Source: the human T2T-CHM13v2.0 reference genome, Homo sapiens. Taken from it: a stretch of 64,000 bases of DNA. The position numbers were made by a program, and so were the translations under genes. The notes beneath the pieces are model-generated. The model had not been told where the DNA came from, searched no databases, and was given only the letters and a program-made list of their open reading frames with translations. The stretch lies in NCBI RefSeq assembly GCF_009914755.1, contig NC_060935.1. One strand, given 5' to 3'. Below, one piece after another: positions 29,493-44,252 of this stretch. Each line of letters opens with the position of its first letter. Within the stretch, counting starts at the first letter, position 1.

Positions 29493-32400
29493 GACTCCAA
29501 TCATAAGGTTATTTACTCTCAAGCAAATTGGCATAAATCTCTTTTTTCCAATCATCAAGATTTAGCTTCCTGAGATATATTCTGTAGTATTTCATTATCT
29601 ATTTTGAGATTTTTGGCTTCTATCTAAATCTACCCATAAATATTATGGTTTAACTTTATATTTCCACAATCTATCATTTGAAGTGTTTTATTTTTCTTAA
29701 GATCTCAAATGTAAAAAGCAATTTATTATAATTACATTGTTAGGTTTTCACTCATTTTTTGAGGTGTCTTACTGTATTTTGGAAGGTTCTGCTACCATAT
29801 TCTGCATTTCTGGAAGAGTGTATTATTTTCCTAACTCATCTTAGTAACTTTCCTAGTCCTTGGTACGGTGTTTCACACACAGCAAGTACTCAGTAAAATT
29901 ATTCATAGAAGACTTATATAAATAAACAAAGTTGAAAAAGTCTATATGTGGCTTTAAAACCTCCAGCATCCCCATTTTTGTATATTATACCCAGAAGAGA
30001 AACCTGTGGATGTTTTTTATTCATATATATGAATAAGTATATATTTATCAGTTTATTCATTCGGTGAATATTTATTGAGCTTCTATTATATGCCAGCCAC
30101 TGTTCTTAAGTCGTAGAAATACACTGTAGTGAGAAAACATGAAATTCCTGTGAACAGGAATTACTGCATTTTAGTGAAGGAGATAGATAGCAAACAAATA
30201 AATATGTTAATATTAGAATTACATCAAAATCTTGAAATTAAAGATTAATATATGGCCAAGCTTTAAGTTGGGTTATCACCATCACAGTATGAACTTAGGG
30301 TATATATCTGAAATTTTATTCAGAAAAATAAAGCTTTTACTATAGCAATAGTATTACAAAATGTTGAGTCAAATTTTGCACAGGGACAGTAATTTCTCAG
30401 CAGTAACAGCTGATAAATCCTTCGTATGGCCAACTATCTTGCACATTTGGAATACTAAACAGTACTCTATGGTCTACAATGATATGCAGTTTTACAGAAG
30501 CAATCTTACAAAACATGCTATTTGTACTGCTTGCAGAAGATAAATCTTGGTTCTAGAAATTTGACAGTATAGCAACATAATTGGCTTTGAAGATAACAAA
30601 ATCTTTCCCGAATTTCTATCTGCATTGCACCTTTCATCACATGCATACCAATTTTAGCAGCTTCCTGGAGTAGAATAAGAGTATCTTTACAGCAGAAAAC
30701 ATGCAGAGAATAAACTCTTATGACAAATTTGGTTTCTTGAAGAATCAGCAAGGTCCAGCAAACAATTTTTCCCTGCATGTAACCAGTGATTGTTAGTAAT
30801 ATCTCCTATGCTGGTACCCTTACTTGCAAAATATCATTTCAATGCTTCCCTTGATTTATGAGCCCTTTTTTTTTTTTTGCCATTTAAAGGCTTCTCTTAA
30901 TCTTGTTTGAACATACGTTATTAATATATAACAAAAGAGTTGCTAAATGTCTTGTATGCCATATACTTTTATTTTTGGTAAAGAAGAAGAAATGATTGAC
31001 AGTTTTTCTGCTGTTGTCAATAAATCCCAGCTATCAAAATTTTTTATTATTTCTGAAGATACAATGGAAGGTTGTGAACAAAACATTGTGTACTTGTGAT
31101 TCCTAAATCAATCATAGCCTTCACCACATTTGTTCCACTGTCAATAATTGCATTATGCTTTATTTGCTGATTTTCCATTCTCTATTATCTATCAGCTTTA
31201 CTTTGTTGTTAGCTATTTGCAACTGGAAATCTCTTCACAAGCAAGGAAAGTAGTGATTGGTTTTATTGTTAATTTATATGTTATCACACTTTAAAAGGAC
31301 TTTGGGCTGTATATTATATTATTTATCTATTTGTCTGTTATACATAATATTGAAGTAGACTATTGAGTGTTTGGCTTAATACTACCAATAATACTAACTG
31401 TTGTATACAATAAAAATAATTTAAGAAAATATTTTTTAGTAATATATATTCTAGAAAGAATCTTGAACATAAGACTCATAGCTTAGCAAGCCTCAGAACT
31501 CCTTTTACTTCATCTCCTGAAAATTATTGGTAATCTATGTCAGTGATTTTGACAAGTTTTTTTTTTAACCTCCATAGATTCAAAACCTCAACAGGAAATT
31601 GTTCCTAAATATTATTTTTGATGTCTGCAGTTCTGAAATTTGATAAGTGAGAAAATATTATGTGTACCTAGTTTTTATTTTTTTCTCTCCTTTGTCTTTT
31701 ATTTTTATGTCTGGATTGAAGATGATTTATATTGGATATTTTTAAAATATTTGACTTTTTCTCCTTGAGAAATTTTGAGATAGCAAAGTTGTTATTCCAT
31801 TATTATTTGGTCCTCACAAAATGGGAAATATTTCCACATAACTCTTCCTCTTAAAAGACTCATGGAACAAAGTAACTTACGATTAAATTTTGTTACATGT
31901 TATTTAATTTTGAAAATGTCAGTATATTGAATAATTCCTCAAAGATCTGGATTTCAGGACTGTCTTGATACATATATTTTTGTATTAGTTAAATTTTTAT
32001 TAATATTTCTTGACTAAAATGTTTCCAGCTTTTTAATATTTATCTTGCTATTATAATCTAATATTTATATTAATTATCAATCTATTTCTTGAACCATAAG
32101 TTCTGAAATCTTTAACATAAAAATAACAATTTTTATAATAATTATTCTTTAAATTCTTCTCTTGCTATACTAAACACATAGTAATGATTCAGACTAAGAT
32201 AATTTCAACCTATAGAGCACATAAGGGGTTTTCATTCAAGTAGCATATAGTGAATATTTTTAAATAAATCTAAATGTCATGCCTTGTTGACAGTACTAAC
32301 ATTGTTACACTTATTAAATAAGGTAGTAACATCTGTCCTTATACAAATATTAATATTATATATTTCCGGGATGTCAGAACAGTGTTAAAGTAAGCATCTG

Positions 32401-32941
32401 TTTGTTAAGCCTACCAGAAGGTAAAAGGCAAATAACAGATCCTGGCCAAATATTGAAAATGAATTAAACTTTATTTCTAATACATATAAGGATGCTGTAA
32501 AGCAAAATGATGTAGATTAAGGGGGCTAGAGACAAGTGGGTTGGGGAAGGTAACACTTTAGTATGTATGGTCAGGGAAAGCCTGTCTTTGGAGGTGATAT
32601 TTAAACAGAGACTTGAATAAAGTAAGAGAGCAAACCTTAAAATGTATCTGAGGGAAAAACAAATCCAGGTAGAGAGATCAGTAAGTACAGAATCTCTGAG
32701 ACAGGAATGTGCTTTGCTTGTTCAAGGAATGAAAGTTTTACTGGAAATAAGGTTGAATGGGTGGCCAAGGACCATTATGTATGAGTCCATGTAGGCTTGG
32801 TAAGAAATTTAAATTTAGTCTGAGTACATGGGAGGTCAGTAGAAGATTGAGAGCAAAAGATTAAAAGGTGATTCCGCTGGTATATGAATAAGCTATAGGG
32901 AGGAAAAATAGGAGCAGCCTGACCAGTTAAGAGGTTATTGC

Positions 32942-33365
32942 TTTCAAAAAGCATACAAGTAGTTGCATCTCTTCTCAAATACCGAATGAATAAATACATT
33001 TTGTACATTCAAATAAATAATGCCTGTAAAATTCACTTTCTGCTTTCAAATATCTTGATGGAATGTAATGATTTCATAAAAACGAACTAGTTGAGGAAAT
33101 TATCTTCAAGATTATGGATAGTCACATAAATATTTGAAAGACTTTATTTTTCATTCTGCAGATGTTTCAGCATTTAGTATATGAAACTATCTTTGTATAG
33201 ACCTATATTTGCTATTATCTATGGACATTTGGGGCTTCTTTCTATGCCCATCTTAAAGTATGATTTTATTCTGGGATTATCTTTATATATTCTTTTTAAT
33301 CTCTTTTTACTTATGTAGAGATTTGAATATTAATGTGAGTAAACAACTGACTTGCTTCGGAAAAA
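32942..33365 (+). other. Unclassified retroposed insert with TSD and short A tail
   Basis: 13-bp direct repeat aagaggttattgc at 32929-32941 and 33366-33378, TT/AAGA site, AGTAAA at 33338 followed by an A run. Confidence 0.75.
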
Positions 33366-33490
33366 AAGAGGTTATTGCAGTAATCCAAGTGAGGTTATGA
33401 TGGACTAGGGTGGTAGCTGTGTATTATGGACTAGGGTGGTGGCTGTGGAGGTGGAGGCTTCTTAAAGAAGTGGTCATATTTTCATATTAA

Positions 33491-33847
<357 letters not shown>

Positions 33848-33931
33848 CTTGATTTCAAAGTTTTGTCCTAAGCAGTTGGTTAAGTGGTTTAGTGAGTTGA
33901 AGGATACTGACAATATGGTAATAGAGCAGAG

Positions 33932-33933
33932 TT

Positions 33934-33966
<33 letters not shown>
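33932..33966. repeat. (GTT)n microsatellite
   Basis: About 10 GTT units. Confidence 0.95.
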
Positions 33967-33967
<1 letters not shown>

Positions 33968-36909
33968 GGGAGGAGGGGAGTGGTCTTGCAAATTAAAAGT
34001 TCTAATTTGAACATGATAAGTTTAGATGTCTTTTAGACATCTTGGTGGAAATGTCAGAGAAGTAATTGATGAGAAAGCTACTGGAATTGGAAATAGAAAA
34101 TTAGCAATTATCAGCATATCAACATAGTGTTTAAAACCATAGGAATGGCCAAGTATCTGGCACTGGTGCACTTCAATATTGAGATGTTTAGAAAAGGAAA
34201 AGTTGTCCATCATTAAAACCAAGAAATAGTAGTTAGGTATATAGAAGAAAGCCTGGGAGGCTGTAGTGATCAAGAAGCCAAGAGAATAAAGTGTTCTTAA
34301 AGGTCAGAATTATCAACTATGTCAAATGCTGTAAGTGAGGTTAGAGAAAAATCATGTTTGGCAACATGGAAGACGTTGGTGATCTTGAGGAGATGTTTTG
34401 TGAAGTTCTAAAGAATGAAAGCCTGGTCATATGAGTTTAAAAAAGAATAAGGGGTGAAGTTGAGACAGCAAATATAGACAGTTTTTTCAGGGAGTTGTGT
34501 TATGAAGTAACACAGATGAATAGAGTGAGACTGACAGGGAGAAGAGCCAAAGGAATTTTTTTGGTTTGGTTTTGTTTTTTAATATAGGGGATTTTTGACC
34601 ATATCTGTGTTCACTATAAATTTTTAAATTGATGGTACAAGAAAAAGGAAATGATTTTAGGAGTAAAGTTCTTAAAAAGGCAAGAGGAAATAGGGCCCAA
34701 TGCACATGTGGAAAGATAGGCCTTAAATAGGAGCTTGAACTATTCACAAAATAAGTTATAGTTATAAATTATTATTAATAATTAAGAGGAGACCTATAAG
34801 TAGGTGGACATTATAAATTCCTGTTTTGCCACACTAAAAATTAAATACTGTGCCAAAAAGTAATTTTTAATAATCTTGTTTCCCATAGTGGTTCAGGTTC
34901 TGCATGAACACCATCAGGGTTTTTAGCCCATGTAACTCAACTCATTTCTCTATTTAGAAAAGTCAGGGAAATGGTAAATAAAAAACAAAGAATGAAATTG
35001 TATTACCTGAGATTTCCTCCACAAGGTGATAAAAATATATCACAAAGTTCTACTGAAAAATGGTACTTTTTTATATCAAATATTGAGCCTAGAAACCCAG
35101 GTTTATAAGTTTAATTTAAAAAATACCAAATCTATGGATGGAAACTCCAGTACTCTAATAGGTGGCTATATTAAGGATGGGGAAGAGTAAGATTTCCTTT
35201 TTTAACAGTAAGGTAGGGTATATTCTCTTTCTAGACAAGACTATGTCTATTAACTTAATAAAGTTAAACAAGGTAAAAAATCAACCCAGTGGAAATAGAG
35301 CTGTGGGGCCTAAAATCTTCCTCAAATCCTTTGTACAGCTTGAGACTTTTCAGTACGCTACACAATGTGGGAAACCATTAACATAACCCAGTCAAAAAGT
35401 GGTTACGATTTTAAAAGTTAGAGTCATTGACTTCAATTTACAGACTTGGAAGAAGCAAGCCTTCCAAGTATCCATCATGCCATTACCACATTCATCAAAT
35501 TCATAGAAGTTACTTTGTCCCAGAATCTGCATCCATCACTAGACAGCATGGCTAAACTTTGTTCTATTTGAGAGGTTTATTATAACTAAGTTTTTTAAGG
35601 CATTGGAAATGTGTAACATGCTTTAAATTTTATAAGCACTTGGGTTTACTACTAATGTTTTGTTTCTTGTGGGTATCTCATTAATTCGGGTAAAGTTGTT
35701 TTGTTTCTTCTCTGTTTTGTTAATTCAAGATTTGAGTTTTGGGGTTTTTTAATGTTTTGTCCAATATTTTTACCAGATATTGTTGACATCCAAATAATAA
35801 CCAACAAGGTAGGACCCAAAATACTAGGATTTTTTTTATGTTATTTGCAACTCTCTGATAAATATTGAAAGAAAAAGGCTTAGTCTTTTAAGATACCTAA
35901 GACATAATTATAAAGGATGATTAACAAGTGGCAGGTCACTTTTAGCATTTGAAAATTCTTCAGAAATTTTTTCCACCTTATTGGATGCAGGTTCTATGCT
36001 TACTATGCCAAGGATTAAAGGGGGAAGAAAATAATAACTTTCGGTAGAAAAATTAGGATATTACGTTTAAGGATAATAGTAAGCAAATCGGGGGAGGTTG
36101 GGGAGGAGCTTACTACATTATCTACAGTGCTTTTTACTGGAATGAATGTGGGTGATCATGTGTGTGTATGTTCTTCCACAATACTGTTTAACAACATCAT
36201 GTTCTGTGTATAAATTAGTGTGTGGAGAGATTTCCTATTTAACTTAAAACTGTTTCTAAAAAGATACCTCTTCCACAGGAAAATCTTATCCCATTTCTCT
36301 GTGGCTCCAGATCTGCTAGTTCTGACATTTATATTCTACAAAATGGTTAGAATCTTCAGGGAAATTTAGAATAAGTAAAGGTTAAAATACCATAAAAACA
36401 AAGTCCTAAGTCAAACTATTTCTGTGCCTTAGGAGGGGAAATGCAAATAGTTAAGAAGTGTTATCCAGCCTACAAGGGAACTCAATCCACAGTAGAAGAG
36501 GGTAGGGCAGAGAGAGATTTCTTATAGTCAGCTTTCAGCAATATCTTTAAATCTGGAGATAAGAAATGCCAGAAACATCAGAATTTCTTTATAAGTTTAT
36601 CATGTTAAAGCCCTTCTCAAAGCCAGTACTTACCTGTTTCTTGGTTAAGGTTACTTAAAAACATGAACATGGGGACATGAAAATTTAAGTTTCTTAGAAG
36701 TTTTACTTTGAAAAACTCTCAGAAAAGCAACACAATGAAGTCATTACTTTAGGAAAATGTTAGCCAAATTCCAGGTATAAAACTATAGGTATTGATTTAA
36801 ATTGATCAAAGATTCTTTTTTTTCCTTTGTTTCTTAATTCCTACTAGTAGCATGTAGAGCTGTAGATATAAAGGTAAAATATTTAAAAATTTGTTGTGTT
36901 AAAACTGGT

Positions 36910-37270
36910 AGAAATAGGAAAGACGTTTCTGATATGGTGGCATGTGAACAGAGACCTAAAGGAGGTAAGGGAATAGCCTATACAGGTAAATGTCTGGTAG
37001 AAGAGAGTTTCAGGCAGAGGGAACAGCAAGTGCCATGGCCTGAGGCAAAAAGGGTTTTTTGAGAAAGGGCGGCAAGTGTGCCTGAAGGAAACAAGACAGA
37101 AAAAGGTGTCCAGAGAAGTCAGAAGTTAGGTAGTGAGGGGCAATGGGTTTAGAATTCAGGCAGGAACAGACAATGCAGGCGTTGTCTGCTATCAAAAGGA
37201 CACTGACTTCTGTGAGTGAGATGGGATAACTCTGGGCAACTTTTGAAGACTAGACTGTATGCAGGAAGGA
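36910..37270 (-). mobile_element. L2 fragment
   Basis: L2 hallmark caggcagagggaacagcaagtgc. Confidence 0.7.
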
Positions 37271-37774
37271 AGGCCAACAGTTAGGATTTATATTTGTGCT
37301 TGCCTTTGGATCTTCAAAATATCTTCCTCAAATTATTTTTAACACATGTATTAATTGTATTTAACTATTCATGGAAGCTCAGCAATGCCATCTAGTTTTC
37401 AAATTGATCCATTGTTTAAAGAATGAGGTCAAGAATTGTCTTACACTCAACCACGTAATCAATAAGCCAAGAGTGTTATTCATACCAAGTCACACATTGA
37501 ACTTTATATTAATCAAATCTTCTCTATACATGTGGTAATTATTAAGTTTAGAAATTATTCATTTTCATTATTATTCTTAATTAGAATATTGTTTAATTAA
37601 AAAATAATGATCTTACTGAAAGCATGTTAGAGCCATAATTTTACTCATTGAATTCCATTTTGCTCAGCCTAAAACACTGAAATGTTTACCTACAAAATAT
37701 GGCAATTTATAAGCTAATTTTCTTCTACCTAATACATATAATTAGGTAGCATTTTTACAAATTGATAGGTATTT

Positions 37775-38565
37775 TAAAGTCACCAATTAAAAGGCAAAAC
37801 TTGTCAGATTGGATAAAACAAGACCCAACTATGATGGCCATAAGGCATCATGGCATTGCACTTTAAATATAAATACACAAATAAGTTAAAAGGAAAATGA
37901 TAGAAAAAGATGTATCATGCTAACACTAGCCAAAAGAAAGCTGGTGTAGCTATATTAAATATTGAGCAAAATAGGTGTCCCAGCAAAGTTACTAACCAGA
38001 GATAACAAAGATTATTTTATAATGATACAGAGATCAAGTCATCAAAAGAACATAACAAAACCAAACTTTTACACACCTAATAACAGAGTTTGAAAATAAA
38101 TGAAGCAAAACACTGAGAACTGCAAAGAGAAATAGATAAATCCAGAATTAAAGTTGGAGATTTCAACATACGCCTCTCAGTAACTGAAAGGATAAATAGA
38201 TAGCAGATCAGTAAAGATATAAAAGACTTGAGTAACACTATTAGCCAGATTAATATTTATAGAACATTAACAAAAGCAGAATGCGCATTCAAGTGCGCAC
38301 AGGGTGTTTACAGTGGTAGGTCACATTCTGTGCCATACAGCTAGTCTAAATAAATCTAACAGAATTCAAACCACACAAAGTATGCTTTCTCACCACAATG
38401 GAATTAAGTTAGAAACCGGTAACAAAGATTTATTGAAAATCCTAAAATATTTGGAAATAAAATAAATACTTGTAAATAACCCATGGGTCAAAGAAGATAT
38501 CAAAAATAAAGTTGGAAATTAATTTAATTGAATAAAAATTAAAACACAATACATTAAAATGTGGA
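37775..38565 (+). mobile_element. L1M ORF2 endonuclease-region fragment
   Basis: Contains ccaattaaaaggc...gattggataaaa, ggagatttcaac (GDFN) and caccacaatggaattaag (SDH region). Confidence 0.8.
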
Positions 38566-38864
38566 CATGGCACATTGAGAAGAATGATCGCTTAAATTAC
38601 TTATTTGCATTAAACACTTTTGCCAAGGAACACAGTGCATTAAAACAAAGTAAAATGGCATCAGTTTATAAATAACATTGTCTTTTACATTATAGAATTG
38701 CAATTATATGTGAATGAAGATATTCATTAATAGGCTATAGGCTAGACAGACCCACTGGAATATTTTGATATTTTCCCCATATTTTTCTATGTATTTAAAT
38801 AATGTTTTTATATAATTAGGTTCATACTGTGTATACATTTTTGCATTCTGATAAATACGTTAGG

Positions 38865-39110
38865 TCCTAAACAGTTTCCAATGATATTAAATATGTTTCC
38901 AATACCAGTTATTGGCTGTGTAATTTTGTAGTGATATGCCATAATTTAATCAGCTAATTTCCTAAACATTTTCCAATTATATTAGATATTTTTCCAATAC
39001 CAGTTTTTATTGGCTGTGTAATTTTGTAGTGATATATAGAGATAGGTTTTTAGCCCAACAGAATAGCAGGAGAAATGTAGTGCTATGCCATAATTTAATC
39101 AGCTAATTTC
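38865..39110. repeat. 95-bp tandem duplication; copy 2 carries a 39-bp inverted templated insert
   Basis: Copy 1 is 38865-38959 and copy 2 starts at 38960. 39039-39077 is the reverse complement of 39649-39687. Confidence 0.9.
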
Positions 39111-39214
39111 TAATTATGCTTCTAATTTGTTATAATTTTGAATGAGCAAGCCATGTATAATAATGTCTTCATTATTCCCTTAATTTGCATTCCAAGAAAT
39201 GAATCACTGAGTAA

Positions 39215-39550
<336 letters not shown>

Positions 39551-41510
39551 TGACACATTTTATCACATTGTTTTATCACAGTGTACCAGTATATACTCCT
39601 ACCAAAATTTTGTCCATGTTGCAACCCTTAGCAACATTTAATCGTTATCATTTCTCCTGCTATTCTGTTGGGCTAAAAACCTATCTCAGTTTTACATAAC
39701 TTTTGAAGATGATATCTTGTTTCTATAATTATGTAAACAATTTGCCACTTTGTTAATGTTATTAACTCATTTTCATATTTGTGGTAAATGTGTTTTTCCA
39801 ATTTAGTTTTAATGGTATATATATAGATATAAAATCTTGTATAATATAGCCTATATTTCTTTTATCTTTTTAATGAAAGTCCACCATTCTGTAATCAGAT
39901 GTATAATCTCACCCCTTTTTTTCCTCATGTGAATTTTTTTCCTCCATTATGGAATAAAATTTTACTCTGAATGGTAAGTAGCACAGTTTTAGGTTAGAAT
40001 GTGAACTGAAGATTGAATTTTTTTCCAAAACAATAGTTTTTCCCCAGCATAATTGATTGAATAATGTTTTTATTCCTCAGTGACCTTATAATAGGTTAAA
40101 TTCTAACATTTTTACTTGATTATGATCAGAGGCTCAGTTTCTTCCTGGTGTGTGGATACGCATTTCATAAATGTTTGCAAAAACTTTAAAGGAATTTTTC
40201 CTCCATAGGGTATCACTGATACATTTGAATCACTTAATTTTTTTTTTTGGATCTCATGCTTTTGGCCCTTTGGGATTTTCATAAAGTTGTTTTCATGCAC
40301 ATTTAATTTTGTCACAATAATTATATAGATTTAATTCTATGTTTAACTGATTTCATTGCTTATAGCCAATAGGATTAGCCTCTGACTTCTATATCCCTAA
40401 AAATATTAGTGTTAATTAATATGTAAAAGATATGGAAAACTTTTTTTTTTTAGAAAGAGATACAGACATGTATGTGTTCTGAACTCTCGCCTATGTAAAA
40501 ATGATACCTGCTTGTATTACAATTTACTGATAAGTTACCTAGATAATATTCTAGGATAGCCTTTTACCTTCAAAATTCTGTATATTTTGGTCCATAAAGG
40601 AGTGGAACTCTTATGACATACTATTTATTTCTTACATAGTTTTCCACTTACTATCATTTTTCACAGTTATTTTTGTATGTCTCATCTCCTCTAAATAAGC
40701 TGTTTGCATTCAGTAAATGCTTCTGAGTAAATGAATGTAATTTGAATTCGTAAATCCTACTACATAATCAACATTTTAAAAATAAAATATTGCAATATCA
40801 TATCACTTTTGAAAATCATTTATGTTATAATAATGGAGGTAAACTCGATAATCTTTATCATTCATTCCAGTTTAGAAGTTTTACTGCCTGTGATTCTAAG
40901 TGTTTGTGCGTGTATAATATTCAAGAAATTGCCTAGCCCATTTAGCTGTTCAATTCTATTAGCTATTTATTCACTTACTTCCATGTTATATCCGTTATAT
41001 GCCATTTGAAGAATTATGAGTATATAGTCTCATAGTCATAGAAGGGACTAGAGGTTTTATGTTTAATCTCAAACCTAATCCTTTAAAAGGGGCATAGCCC
41101 ATAACTTAGAGTGAAGTAAAGAACATTTATGAAAAATATTTGCCAGTTAGTATGCCTACGACTTTGTTCAAAGCCCAATTTATGTGTGCATATTTCTGGT
41201 TATTAAAGATAATGCTACTTCTTTATTTTCATGCTTATCAGTATAAATGTGGTTAAGAGAAAAAAATATGCTTATCGTTTCTGCACTGTGACGTTTGCTG
41301 TTCAAAGATATTATGCATGCTAAAATAATCTTTGTTATTTATTTATCTCATTAAATAACACATTTGCATTAGTCTACCTTTAAGCTTAATAGCTTAACAA
41401 GTTATTTTTTCCATAGATTAATAACATTTTTACTAAAAGAGCTTTCCCTTCTTGACAAATTATATTATTCAAACAAGTGAAAATCTGATTATCAGCCATG
41501 TTAGTTTAGA

Positions 41511-41511
41511 C

Positions 41512-41544
<33 letters not shown>
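41511..41544. repeat. (TA)n(CA)n microsatellite
   Basis: Direct reading of the sequence. Confidence 0.95.
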
Positions 41545-41545
<1 letters not shown>

Positions 41546-42344
41546 TCATTACTGGCAACAACTCTTCAGGACATTTGAATTCAAAATTAATTTTACAGCA
41601 TTAATGAAATAGTAGTATAGTTGGAAATACTTATTAAATGACTGTTTTAAAATAACTGTTATAAAATAACAGGAATAAATATTAACTATAATAAAGATAC
41701 AGTTAAGTATAATTTGTTGATTATGTTTAGCTAGCGAAAGAAATTAGCAGATAATTTAATAAAAATTATTTGATAGGGAATAAATATGCTATGTATAATA
41801 TTATTTAATTGAAAATACTTTATGAAGCGCTATCATTGTAAAGGATATAGCCAAGAGAAATAATTATGCTTCGCTAAGAAGATCTTTTAAAAGTCTTTTC
41901 TGTTTATACAAAACATATTATTCATTGGTAGAGGAACATAGGAACATTTCTGAGTACTATTCAAATGCATTAAGATGTTAATGCAAACACAGCTTTAGAG
42001 ATTTTAATTTCTTCTATTCTAGACCTGGCTAAGAGATGTAAATGCTTGGGTAAATAATAGGGTGTTACAGTACATGAAACACATCCTTTCTATGACAGTA
42101 ATAAATTAAATGAACACATATTTTTCTAGGCTGTTTATAAATCATGCAAAATGAATTACTGAGTAAATGAGGATTCTGTACGTTTTTAATCGCTGACATT
42201 ACTATAGTACCATCTCTGTGCACCAGCTGAACTAATAGCTTACTGATGATTTCTGAATCAGTCTATCTCTTAAAGGATATTATCACCTGCAGGAAATATT
42301 ACAGAGAAACAAGTCACTTAAAACTACCTGAGTTTAATAACTTC

Positions 42345-42525
42345 CTGGTTCCAGCAGCTTATTTGACCTTGAGCAAGACCCTTAACCTCACTGGGCCTCC
42401 ACTTCCTCATTTGTAAAGTGGGGATACTAATACTAACTTGCAGGGTCATGGTAAGTGTAAATTTGGTTAATACATGGAAAGCATATAGTAAGTGTTACAC
42501 AGACTTTCTGTTGTTTTTGTTATCT
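42345..42525 (+). mobile_element. MIR
   Basis: MIR core tgaccttgagcaag...cttcctcatttgtaaagtgggg. Confidence 0.8.
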
Positions 42526-43081
42526 GTTCCAAATGGCAATTTTTAAAAAATGCTTATGAAATATACTTTATATTGATATGTATTTCTCCAAATGGAATAT
42601 GAGTTGATTATTTAAAAACACCTTTTAACACAAAATTATTTCTTCTTGGACATTGCCCTCCACTGTTGTAAGATGGCATATTCACCATCAAATCTGGAAC
42701 TGGAACCCTTATTCAGTTCACATTGCCAAGAGAACTTTTTAGTTAGGCCTGGATGCTCAGTATTTCGTCAGCACACTACAAGTGCTGGCCCAAAATGGGG
42801 TGCTGTACATTAGGTTAATTTTCACCTTTTGGACTTTTTATTTTGAGCAGATTTTTACCAACAAACAATTGTGCAAGGAATCGTATTTAAGATGGATGGA
42901 TATTATGCCAAATTGCAATGCCAGACTTTACAATGTAAAATGGAAATGTTATATATATATTTTCTAGCTACCATTTCAGAGCATTTGGAAGCTGAATTAC
43001 TTTCTTATTGAAAATGACTTAAGTCTTTAATTGACTTATAAGTGTGTGTGTATTTATATGTTCATATTTCCCCCCCTCTAG

Positions 43082-43191
43082 AACTGGGTAGATAAAGCTG
43101 AAAAACAGGCTCTTCTCTCTGAAACACTTGACCTATCAGAACTTTTCCATCCAGACACATTTCTTAATGCTCTTCGCCAGGAAACTGCAAG
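43082..43191 (+). CDS. DYNC2H1: DYNC2H1 internal coding exon (110 nt, phase 0-2), NWVDKAEKQALLSETLDLSELFHPDTFLNALRQETA(R)
   Basis: Polypyrimidine tract ending ctctag at 43081 and donor GTAATT at 43192. Contains the dynein-conserved LFHPxxFLNALRQ motif. Confidence 0.97.
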
Positions 43192-43447
43192 GTAATTAAA
43201 ATGAAATACTTTACCTATTTGTCCCTGACGGTAATTAGTTTTGCTTTATTGACTTCCTATTACACTGCCCTTGATTGTCAAGAAATAAATTTATTATTGA
43301 AACACAGTTATGTTATTTTCTTATTCTCTACTTTAAATCATACAGTTAACCTTTAGCTTAAAAAGCATTGCTTTTAATGATGATATGTTTTATTCAAATT
43401 TAAAAAGATAAAATGTAACTTTTATAATTTTGATCATTTATCTATAC

Positions 43448-43644
43448 CTGTGCTGTCCACTATGGTAGCCAGAAGTCACATGGACCTATGTAAATGAATT
43501 AAAGTAAAAATCAGATTTGAAATTCAGTTTTTCAGTAACTCTAACCACATTTAAAGTGCTCAATATCCACATGGCTTGTGGCTACCATTTTGGACTGCAT
43601 GAAAATATTTTTATCTTCGCAGAAAATTCTGCTGGACAGTGCTG
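43448..43644 (+). mobile_element. MER3-like hAT-Charlie MITE
   Basis: ctgtgctgtcca...tggacagtgctg TIRs. Confidence 0.8.
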
Positions 43645-44170
43645 ACTAGGCTCCTTGGTGGAGAACAGGACTTGATGATTAAGATCAAGCTCCTTTTCTT
43701 ACCACACTCAGATTATCATATCATATATAATTTTTAACAAGTTGGAATGTAATAAAAGGGACATTACTAAAAATATCCTCAACAAAATTTAGTTGTTTAG
43801 TAACTCTCAGGGGTATTTCAATTTGTATTGCTTCAGGCTATTATAAACATCAAATTTCAGTTCAGCTAATAAACATTTATTGAACACCCATCGTGTGCCT
43901 GCATTTGAGGGTCATGGTCAAAACAGGATTTAAAAATGAAAAAAAGAAAGGCCTTATCCTTAAGGAACTTACAGCATCAAAGAGGAGACTGACAGTTAGC
44001 TTTGAAAATTTAGTGTGAACTCTGACATATTATGCATAGTTTAATGGTATTATTATTTACACATGGTAAATATTTTAATTTTAAATAAATAGGACTATAT
44101 CTTCAGTTACTCTTCATATTTTAATTCCTAAGGATTATTGATTTGTGACTTTGATGCTTTACCTTTACAG

Positions 44171-44252
44171 GGCAGTGGGTCGTTCTGTGGATAGCCTTAA
44201 ATTTGTAGCCTCATGGAAAGGTCGACTGCAAGAAGCAAAGCTACAAATTAAG
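44171..44252 (+). CDS. DYNC2H1: DYNC2H1 internal coding exon (82 nt, phase 2-0), (R)AVGRSVDSLKFVASWKGRLQEAKLQIK
   Basis: Acceptor tttacctttacag at 44170 and donor GTACTA at 44253. The split codon AG|G gives Arg, matching the phase of the previous exon. Confidence 0.96.

Noticed and set aside
33395-33447. About 26-bp tandem repeat atggactagggtggt(a/g)gctgt
   Set aside because: Ordinary slippage duplication inside an L2, with no further structure.
39965-39985. Consensus donor ATG|GTAAGT as a pseudoexon end
   Set aside because: No clearly paired strong acceptor or coding signal; such sites are common in long introns.
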